From Macrostomum lignano (lineage: Eukaryota), in assembly GCA_002269645.1 (NCBI GenBank), contig NIVC01000254.1, positions 434,001-498,000 of the forward strand: DNA of 64,000 bases, written 5' to 3'. Of the stretch, positions 10,601-20,552 are shown piece after piece. Within the stretch, counting starts at the first letter, position 1. The number at the start of each line of letters is the position of its first letter. The notes under the pieces were generated by a model. That model was given only the letters and a program-made list of their open reading frames with translations, was not told the DNA's origin and made no database searches. A program made the position numbers and the translations under genes.

Positions 10601-13600
10601 CGAGCTAAGTCGCAGCAGGACCGAGTAAGTCGCAGCAGGGCCGAGGTAAGTCGCAGCAGGACTGAGTTAAGTCGCAGAGCATCTTTAGGATTATTAGGAT
10701 AGGATTAGTTTAGGATGAATTTAATGTATCACTTACTAGGGTGTAGGCTACGTGTGCATTAACGCATCAATTTGAAAAATTAAGAATTACGAAGCCAGAA
10801 ATGGCTAAGGAATAGAAATAGGGATAGAATAACTTATAAGCAGTAATTTTTCAGCCCTATTACAATTGCAAATCATACTTTTAATAATATTTAATTAGCA
10901 AATTAAAACTGCAAGATTCTAACGGTCTTATATATGAACTTAGAAGAACTGTAGTCTGACCAGAGATTGTCCTTTCTGTAGCGCGTTCTGAAGCATCTGC
11001 ATCTCTAGAGTCTGAATCAGAAAGATGGTCCTCTGTTTCAGATTCAGAGCTGTCATCTTCCATTCCAAACCGTCTAGCAAGAGGTATGATTCTCGAACTG
11101 TATGTAAAGACAGTATGTAATGTTTCAGCATTAGGCAATAACACTGGGTTGAGCACATTAAATATTGAGTAGTCATCCTCAGGAAAATAATTACGCAGCT
11201 GATCAATTATGCTATCAATGATTCGACTGCGAATCTCATCCAGTGCTGGATAAGCTCCCATGTCAACAACACTGCCACGTCCACTAGCATCAAATAATCT
11301 ATTTCTTAGAGATCTGTCTGCAGCAGAACCTGGTTGCTTCAACTCAAACCTCTCTGTTGGATCGCTGCTTCCAGGGCCGGAAGGACAAGCAAAGTTAGAA
11401 TAAGATAGGTCTCTTGTGTGACATCCTGAATGGTATTCCAGCTGCGGATATCCATCTGCAGTTCCCAAAACTCGACGACACTTGCAGGAAGCCAAAAAGT
11501 CCACAATGCGAGGACCATTGTTCGTTTTTAAGGTTTCTAGTGAATGGATAAGGTTAGTGTGGCGTTCTTGCAAGCCAATAAATGTACCCTTGGCTCTTTG
11601 AAACTGCAAGGACTCAAATTCCAGTAATTTTAGAATGTCCATGAGAAATAGATGTAATGAATAATACCGGACATTTTGCAATGTTTTCAATAATCCAGAG
11701 GCAGTTGCTTTACTTTCGTCATCAAAGCCTGAGGAAGGTGATTTGATATTTTCTAAATTTGTCAGAAGCAAGTAGTACGACTTTCGAATCACATCAAGAG
11801 CAGACACTTCCGATGCAACCCACCTGATGCGATATATTCTTTTTAATTCATAGAAAACCAAGTTGAGTGCTTCCGAAGTTTGTGCCAAAGATGCCTTACG
11901 TTTAACAGCGTGGCTCATATAAAATTTGTGTAGAGAATTTATATTCTTATCGAGATGTTGCATAAATGGGAAGATTTCAAAGGCATGATAGATTGAAAGT
12001 TCTAACTTATGCGCTGCACAATGGTGCTGAAAAAATTGTTGCTAGCCCAAGGCCTCAGTTGACTTATTAATCCCACTCGACTTCCTGTCATTACGGATGC
12101 ACCATCAGTTGTCACCCCAATAGCCTTCGTTTGATTTCATCTTCTAGCTTGTCATCCGAAAATAAACGGATGAGAAGTTCATAAATGCTTCGTCCAGTCT
12201 CTACTTCAGTCAGACGTTTAAACCGATAAAAAACATCAAATGTTGGCTGTTTTCAAGAACTCTGAAGTATATCATGACGTAGCTGTTTGAATGAATATCA
12301 GACGTTGTATCTAGTACAATAGAAATCGGAAGATTGTCAGCACTTTTAATGTAATTCACAAATGTCCGATGCATTGTATTACTGATTGATTCCACCATTG
12401 CTGCGGCACTTTTGCGATGCTTATGATGGCTCCCCATATCCAACCCATTTTTTACTTGTAAATCAATCATATTTGGATGAGCACTGAATGGAATATTAGA
12501 TTTGACTTCGGCATAAACTGTTGTCAAAACTTGGGCTGTTATTTCATCTCGTTTAGTTTTAGCTAGTCTAGCGGCCTCATTCATCTGTTTGAGTTGCTTT
12601 GCAAGAACTGAAGTATGTTTTTCCTTCATCCACTTTATGGCGTCACTGAAGTGTATTTGATGAATGTTCCTGTAGTTTTCTTCGTACGCTATCTTTTGCA
12701 TGACCTTTGGGAATGTAGCCTTGTTCTGTTGCAAAAGTTAACTTACGTTGGCTCTCTAGATTTGTCTCCTTTTTCTTATGTGCATTCAAAAATTTTCTGC
12801 AGATCCGACATTGTATTCCAGATCTTGATAGATCTTCGGTGTTTTGAACATATTGAAACCATGTCTTCATTTCTTGTGACACAAATTTTCTTGAAAATGA
12901 TCTGCAATGGTCAAATTAGAGAATATTTTGGGATTTGGACTATTTGTGAGTATCTAAAAGCAATATGCTAATAAGTGCAATACACAATACACTATACATT
13001 AATTTACAGTTCGTCAGTTTCCATTTACTTACTGTGACTGGTGCATCTCCAAAGAATGTAACCACTCCTCTCGAAAACCAGATGTATCCTCCCAGTCCTT
13101 TTTAGGGAAAACTTCAATATTTTCGCCCATCATAGAGGAAGACGAGGGCTTTGATGCTGAAGTGGCTAGACATGCGTCTGCAGATGTGCTTATGCATGGT
13201 ATTTTTTTTTGCGATGGCCCTGCTTCTGCAGTATTTACTTGTACTATTTCAACATCACCTGAACCCCTTGAGTCGCTCGAATCTAAATCAACAATAGGAC
13301 TTTGGCAAAGTGATCGTTTCGTTGATTGTCTTTGAATATTTACTTGCCTAATAATTTCCACTTGTAGTTTGCTTGTTTGCTGGTCATTCTCCAACAACTC
13401 TCTTCTTTCCTGTACATTTGCAGCAGAGCAAAAATTAGAAGTTTCTGCAGCAGCAGTTTGAACAGCATGATCTCGATTAGCTGCTATTTGCTCTGAAAAT
13501 TCATAGGACCTGGCCAATTCACTACGGTGTGAGCTTTCAGAACATGGAGCTGGAGCAGGAGCTAGTCGCATTTCGATTCTTTCTGTTGCTGATGAAGCAG

Positions 13601-16600
13601 ATGCTAATGCTGAGTCTGCCAATGTACCTGCTTCTCTTGAAGGTGTATTTATGATGGCTTCAATATTGTCCTCTAAAATCCAATGAGCACCTGAGCAGTC
13701 ATTTTCTTTACCTGGAGTCAACTGTCCAAGTTTCCACCTTGTAAAAAGCAAAGGCTTTCGTAACTCACTGCTGGATTCAGGGCACCGGTTTATTGAATAG
13801 TCCTCATGACCAAGTTCATCCCATTCTCTTGCTGGCTTTAAGATGTAGTTGGGCTTGTCTCTTAGCCTACGATAAATGGACTAAAAAAATGTGCACCTGT
13901 TATTTTGTGTACTTCGTGCATAGATGATCATGTCATGCACATTGTTCCTAATAATTTCAGCTAATGAGTTATCAATGATAATTTTATCTTCATAAACAGG
14001 TCTTCTTTGTGTTGCATGCATTTTAGCTAGTCGCAGTTTTCCAATGCTACTGGCAGTTGTGGAACTTGAACTGTCCGATTCTGATCTAGAAAAGTCTCGT
14101 TGATACAAGAGAATAATGGCCATAGCACTTTTACCATTCCCATTCTTTAATGCATTTGGTTCTGTTGGAATTGTCTTACTAGCAGACTTGAAAAAATCAA
14201 TGATGGATGACTGCGATGATCCACTAGGAGCGGAACTTGGCAGCCCATGTCTAGTTTTTCCCTGATACCCAATAGATGTATCGGTAAAAAACATATCTGC
14301 TGCTTCCTGCTTCTCTTTTGATGCAATAACAAAGAAACTGCTGTCCGTTTTGAAGCCCGAGGACCGATAGAAGTCAGCAGAAAATGAAACCACAGGTCGT
14401 CTAAAATCGCCGCTATATTCTTGAACTCCAATCAGAAGAAAATCACGGAGTCTCACTGGCACTGATCCTAATAGCATTGCAGTTGTGGAAAAAACTTTCT
14501 TCAGCTCAATGAACTCTGAAAATTCTTGAGATCCAATATTAGGCTCATCAGTATTTAACTCATTTATAACAATTGAGCACTCACTCTCAGCTAGAATACC
14601 ATTGATAGCTAGGATGCCACTTAGAATCAGTAGGCAAAGACAACTAAGGCTGTACATCATTCTGTGAAAGATTAAGTCGAGTATATGATTTTGGTGATAA
14701 AATAAAATTGATTTATGAGTATTACTATATAAATAAAACATTTAAAAGCCCTTACCTTTACCAATTCATGTACAGAAAGTAAGTGTAAATACAACCAATT
14801 GCCTTGGTAGTTTAGTTATATGCTCGTATCAGATGCAGGCAGACAGCATAGGCTGCCAAGGTGCTATAAGTTAAGGTTAACTTTCACTATTTGGCTTTAC
14901 AGACTGCTTTTATCGCTGCATGCATTGACTTAGCCTTAGCTTGTGCCATCATACTCATACAGCTATATATACATATGTATCTCTGCCACTCCCCACTTTT
15001 GCAACCTTACACTGTACAATCATGCCTAAAACACTCCGTGTCAAGTGTACTGTTCTAGTGCCACATGGGGTACAAATACGATTAGGAATGACAAGAGTCA
15101 AAACCATACATGCACAATAGTTGGCCGATATGGACGACTGATTTGGCGGCCAACCAAGGTAAGTTGCAAAAATGCCCACCCAAATAAATACCAAAGTAGT
15201 ATTAAGTAGCTGACGAAGCATTTTGCCTTAATAAAGACAGTTATAGTTACTCCTGCCGTTTACCCAAAGTTGCGTTAATTTTGCTTTCAGGTTTTTTTCA
15301 TGTAAGTCGCATTTTTGGCCGAAAACTACGTCGCATTTTTGTTAAAACTAAGTCGCACGGCCGACCAAATTTTGGAGGTTGCGCATGTATGTTGTGACAC
15401 ATCGCAGATCTGAAATCCAACAACCTGACAGATCCCAAAACATTACTTATATTTTGTGAATTGTATTAAAACAAAATAAAATAATCTATAAAACTTACTA
15501 TGCGAGCCATCAGCAGTCTGGGCAGTGTTAGCTGGCGCAATGTACAAATTTTGCAACACAACAGTTTGGCTAAATGTTGGTTTATTGTGCAATCGGGAGC
15601 ACTGCTCACCATGGCGGCAAGCACCAATTTTGTAGAAGAAGGAGCAGTTCACTCTAAAATGAATAAAAAAATTATTTTTGGATATTGTACAACCTATATC
15701 AGTGAAGAAGCTTTTATGCAAGATTTAGCTAGTCTCAGGCCATCATGGCTGTTTTGCCAAGCATTACTTACTACCTCTGGGGAAAAATCTACAGTCATTA
15801 AGGAATGCCTATTTTGCTTCTCTGGATGTTGAGAATGCAGAGAACTTGATTGTTACATGTCCCACCTTAACTCTAGACAGGCTCACCTACCTTGGTCACT
15901 TTCCACCTTTACCAAAATCTAATGCATGCAAGGGGTTCGTAATGCACATGCCATATCTTTTAGACAAATTTGTCATAAAGCACATAATTATTTTTTGTTA
16001 ATCTAACTTGCATTTTCAAATGTTTGATATCTCTGTATACCTTATAGCCCATAGAAATTTGTGTGAAAACATTTCTATAATAGGTTGCTTTTGGTCAAGG
16101 GTTCATTTAAAATAATATAATCAGGTGTCAAGATAAAATAATACTATTAAAAATTTGTACTAAGATGGCCTTGAAGAAATAAACAGACTTTCTGACTTTT
16201 TTTAGGACTAAGAATTTCTGCCAGCTTAATAATAATTTAGGCACTACTAAGAAAGGGGCTGCACTGCAAAGACTATCATTGGCACTATATCTTTTTATGT
16301 AACACTGCAATACCAACTGCCCATGGTTGCTAGGGGTTATTAGAATGGACAACAATGATTTTCTATCCTACTTTATCTGCATAGGCCTACTTGAAGCCTC
16401 TTTGTAACAAAGTCAAGCTAGCCATTTTATAACAGGTTGTCTTTTGAGAAATATTCTATAATTCCAGATTCCATAATGCACTTTGAAAGCATAAGGGATC
16501 CCTTGTATGTCATTATTGACGATTGTGTACCAAGTGCAACTGTGCAATAGGGCCCTTGTGTGTGCTAGAATTTACCAGCAATTTTGAAAAATACTTTGGT

Positions 16601-16824
16601 ATTTTTCTGTGGCAAAGGTTTCCTGACTATGGTTTACAAAAAATTTGCCAAAAAAGTTGCGCTGCATGCACCAGGAACGTCAGTATGTGCCACAGTTGTG
16701 CGCCGAATGCATCACAATTCAGAGACCTTGTGTAGACCCATGTTAGAATTTTTTTAGGGCAAAAGCCACTTAATACTTACTTGTCCTTCTCAGTTCCGAA
16801 AATTGAAGCCAAGTACTCCGCCAT
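7628..16824 (-). CDS. U2AF1: U2 snRNP auxiliary factor small subunit (U2AF35), 228 aa
   Basis: Exons 16824-16781 ([15 protein letters not shown]), 15653-15499 ([26 protein letters not shown]), 8629-8445 (UHM: [10 protein letters not shown]...GNVYVKF), 7930-7628 (DLNNRWFGG...[22 protein letters not shown] tail). All junctions GT-AG and in phase; total 687 nt. Confidence 0.97.
7968..8418. repeat. 18-bp minisatellite filling U2AF1 intron 3
   Basis: Unit CACAGAAGCTCGAAG(CTT/TGT). Confidence 0.95.
9015..10676. repeat. Composite minisatellite inside the hAT 3' subterminal region
   Basis: Interleaved 21-mers CTAAGTCGCACCGAGGGCGAG, CTAAGTCGCAGCAGGACCGAG, CTAAGTCGCACCGAGCGAGAG and the 10-mer CTAAGTCGCA; all share the core TAAGTCGCA. 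Confidence 0.95.
10881..14660 (-). pseudogene. Decayed hAT transposase (ZNF862/KIAA1586-like) with N-terminal signal peptide and lamin-tail-like domain
   Basis: ATG at 14660 follows a 5'UTR intron (14755-14662). N-terminus [24 protein letters not shown], then [26 protein letters not shown]. One in-frame TAG at 13883-13881 separates two same-frame ORFs. Intron at ~13030-12955. Then CRIC...H zinc finger, SIVLDTTSD, and (after frame repair at ~12645, ~12235, ~12030) [24 protein letters not shown]. No recognisable C-terminal CERGFS/dimerisation segment. Confidence 0.85.
15105..15391 (-). mobile_element. MITE-like unit forming the 5' end of the large hAT element
   Basis: Internal TIR-like CATACATGCACAAT (15105-15118; 12/14 match) followed by ~60 bp homologous to the element's left end (GATTTGGCGGCCAACCAAG(G)TAAGT(C/T)GCAAAA). 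Same length as the free MITE at 24737. Confidence 0.7.
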
Positions 16825-18065
16825 CTACAGGTCTGCTAGATTAGGTCTAGTCAGTAAAAATATATATGATAGTTTTTCACCGAAAATAGATACAGGCTAG
16901 TCGATTTCAATACAAATTCAAGATTTTTTGACTTGAATATTTACTACGTCTGACGACAAATTTTGAGTTTCTAGAAATTTCTTCAAGAATTAAAAAATCT
17001 TAAACATTGATGCTTTCTAAAACAAAAGTGCAATGGCTTTTAAAAGAATTTAGCTTTTAATTCTAATTAGCTAGAATTTAAATTTTTACAAGAAAACTAT
17101 TAAAAAACGCAGCAAGTTTTAATTAAAAGCAGTGAAGGCACTAATGCTTTTAATTATTCAAAATTTCAATACGGTCACTGTCACCGGTCGACAACTAAAA
17201 CGCGCGCTCGTAAACTATATCATTTTAGATTTCAGACATCCTAGACCTAGATCGTCCCAGACCTATCATTATACCAAATTATCCTATCATTTTTTCAAGT
17301 TAAAAAGAAACACAATGACATATTCAGTGTTCCCACTCTGGCGCGAATTCTCGCCATGCCGAAAATGAGGCAATATGGCGTGGCGCGAATGCGCGATTAA
17401 TAAGGTTCGACGCGAATTGTATTAGATTCATTCCCTTTGGCTTTAGATTTTAGACTTGGAAGACCAAGATGGCCATATACCAAGATGGCCACAACATTGA
17501 ATCTCTATTATATCTACTCTTTCTCTTTGTACTATTAATTAGCAACTTAGGGCTAATAGTTGTAATATTATCAAATGTTTAATCAATCATATTAATATTT
17601 AGGTCCTATAAATACTAATGGTGGGCTCAGGTAGGCTACAATAATAGAATTGAAACTAATTATCCATAATACAAAACTTTAATCTTTTTCTGTGTTTAGG
17701 GGCCTATGCCAATTTATTGCATTTAGACCTATCAGATCCATCGGGTGCAGCCGAAATCGTCATATTCAAAATTGTCATATGATGATGACAACCAGGGTTT
17801 TTTTTTGTGCGCAGAGTGTGCGTATGCACCCTAAATTTTAAAATCGCACCCTGAAATTAAAAAAGTAGGTGCGGTTTAGGTGCGGTCTTATAACCATTTT
17901 TCTTTAAAGGCTTAACCATGCTTAAGCTATTTTTTATGCACTGCCTTAAAATATGAAACAAAATAACTCTTTAAATCCTATTAAGTCATATAGGCGATAT
18001 AGCCTATAGCTATAGCCTTATGTAAGATATTAAAATATACATTCCCAGTTGTCTGAAATGTGAGC

Positions 18066-20552
18066 AATGTGAGGGTTTCACGAGAGATATTCAGACAAAG
18101 GCTCCCTAAAACACGCCCCACACTGGGCCCCAAACTGCTACACATTATAACATTTTTTGTCAATGCAGTATTTGATTGCAAGGAAAAGTTAAAATAGTAA
18201 TGGAATAAATATCTTTATTTATTTTTTTAAATATTATTTTTTTTATATTCTCGTTTTCATTATTAAATTATAATATTATTATTTTATTAATATTATTATT
18301 AATATCACTTATTGTTCACCGAATTTTATATTTCAAAGTAAAAAAACTAAATTTAATAAAAACTTGAAGCTTAACAGAAAATGCATTCTGAAGTGTCTTT
18401 AGTTATAGTCCAATTTGTTTTAATGTGTAGCGCTGCAGGGTGGTGCGGGGCGTGTTTTAGGGAGACCCATTCAGACAGACATTCAAAAAGATTGTCTGTA
18501 ACTTCAAACAAAATTGACCCGCTTCAACCATCTTTTTGGCAAATACTTACGCAAGTGTTGGGCGTCGAATAAGCTTTAATTTATTAACTGAAGTAAAAAT
18601 CCTTCTGACATACATTGATTTAAAAATTGCTTAGCAACACTAGCTCTGATTAGAAATCGCTTTACTGTTGACTAAAATTGTTTTGATCGTAGCAGCCTAA
18701 AAGCAGATACTGGATTTAAAAATGCTTCGATTTACTCTATACACATGTCTCAGCTTTAAAATGACACCTCAGGCGTCGCAAAAGACAGCTTTGATGCTGA
18801 GATATTCGACACTAAACATGCATTGCTTTGCGCAATCTCACATTCGGAAATTTCACTGATTTTTTGTCGATATTTGTGCAGTTGCCGTGTCCTTGTTTTT
18901 CATCAGAATCTTGTCAAATTCTAGTCATGTCTATACGCATGTCTCAGCTTTAAAATGACACCTCAGGCATTGCAAAAGACAGCTTTGATGCTGAGATATT
19001 CGACACTAAACATTGCTTTGCTCAATCTCACATTCGGAAACTTCACTGATTTTTATTCAATATTTGTTCAGATGCTTGTCTACTTCTCCATTTATTAACT
19101 ATCGCATGGAGCCTTGCTAACGTACAAGTGTATGTAGTTACAGTAAATGGGGTTTTTGTGACTCACTTAAACTTGTTTACGCATTCTGCAGCTATTCGCC
19201 GCCTTTCATTGGAGTGATTCATGGAGTCCAGTTGATAAATTTCCACAAATTGGACTGCTTCTACGTCAGATCTCAACATTTGGAACTGTCCTTGAACTAT
19301 TTCAGAGTTAAGTGAGCTAATGGCATCAAATGGAAGGCTAGTGCTCGTACTTGTAAGCGAAGCAGGTTCACAATTGAAATGGTTGTATTCATGGCCATGG
19401 GATCTAAACTGATCTGTTTTACTTTCACGATCGCTTTGGTCTCAGAAGGAGCAGCAGTTGATGGACTGAGGTGAGAAGAAGATGTGTCACGACTTGAGCT
19501 GTTTATAGAAAATATCTTTATCCAATTAAATATTTTCATGCGGCTCCTTAGGTTGTTCCGAATTCCGAGTCTAGAAGTCAAGACAGAAAAAAAGTTAAGA
19601 ACTGCTACTGTAGTCCGTAGGGATTGGAAAGCTTAGCAGTACATTAGAAATCGCCTGTTCAATCTAAAAAGTTTGAAGTACATATAGCTATTGGGTTGCA
19701 ACAACAGAAGAAAAAATCCTTCCTTTTTATTTTATTCCCACCGCTTACCTCATTCCGATTTGGATAGCAGAATTGCCACGCAAAAAAAGTAAAAACATAA
19801 CAATAAACTATTTGCTTCATATTAATTGCCACTGACTGTTAATAAACGCGACGTCAATTTCTCTCAATAACAGTTGGAACATGTTTCTCGTACACTCGTA
19901 TATTTATTTGAACCGCAAAGCGGTGAAAAAGTCATGATTGGTTGCCATATGTACAAATGTACACTCACAGACTCACTGACTCAGGTACAATCTATGCAAT
20001 ATAAAGGCAGGAATCATTAAAAATCAAATACTTAAGACAGTTTAAGAGAAGTCCAGGTTTAAACTGGACATGACTAGAATTTGACAAGTTTCTGATGAAA
20101 AACAAGGACACGGCAACTGCACAAATATCGACAAAAAATCAGTGAAATTTTTGAATGTGAGATTGCGCAAAGCAATGCATGTTTAGTGTCGAATATCTCA
20201 GCATCAAAGCTGTCTTTTGCGATGCCTGAGGTGTCATTTTAAAGCTGAGACATGCGTATAGAGTAAATCGAAGCATTTTTAAATCCAGTATCTGCTTTTA
20301 GGCTGCTACGATCAAAACAATTTTAGTCAACAGTAAAGCAATTTCTAATCAGAGCTAGTGTTGCTAAGCAATTTTTAAATCAATGTATGTCAGAAGGATT
20401 TTTACTTCAGTTAATAAATTAAAGCTTATTCGACGCCCAACACTTGCGTAAGTATTTGCCAAAAAGATGGTTGAAGCGGGTCAATTTTGTTTAAAGTTAC
20501 AGACGATCGTTTCGAATGTCTGTCTGAATATCTCTCGTGAAACCCTCACATT
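18066..20552. mobile_element. Non-autonomous element with ~490-bp terminal inverted repeats (foldback-like)
   Basis: 18066-18097 plus 18478-18930 is a near-perfect reverse complement of ~20068-20552. The left arm also has a ~130-bp direct duplication (~18740 vs ~18930). No TSD or transposase recognised. Confidence 0.8.
18098..18469. mobile_element. hAT-type MITE inserted in the left arm of the foldback element
   Basis: Inverted ends CTCCCTAAAACACGCCCC / GGGGCGTGTTTTAGGGAG. 8-bp TSD TTCAGACA (18090-18097, 18470-18477). The right arm shows the empty site. Confidence 0.85.

Larger units (their letters stand above)
8797..15391 (-). mobile_element. hAT-superfamily DNA transposon, 6595 bp, in U2AF1 intron 2
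   Basis: Perfect 14-bp TIRs CATACATGCGCAAC (8797-8810) and GTTGCGCATGTATG (15378-15391). Perfect 8-bp TSD TTGTGACA (8789-8796, 15392-15399). Contains hAT transposase motifs. Confidence 0.95.

Noticed and set aside
19297-19581. Transposase remnant inside the long-TIR element
   Set aside because: Short frames with no recognisable motif; cannot be assigned.
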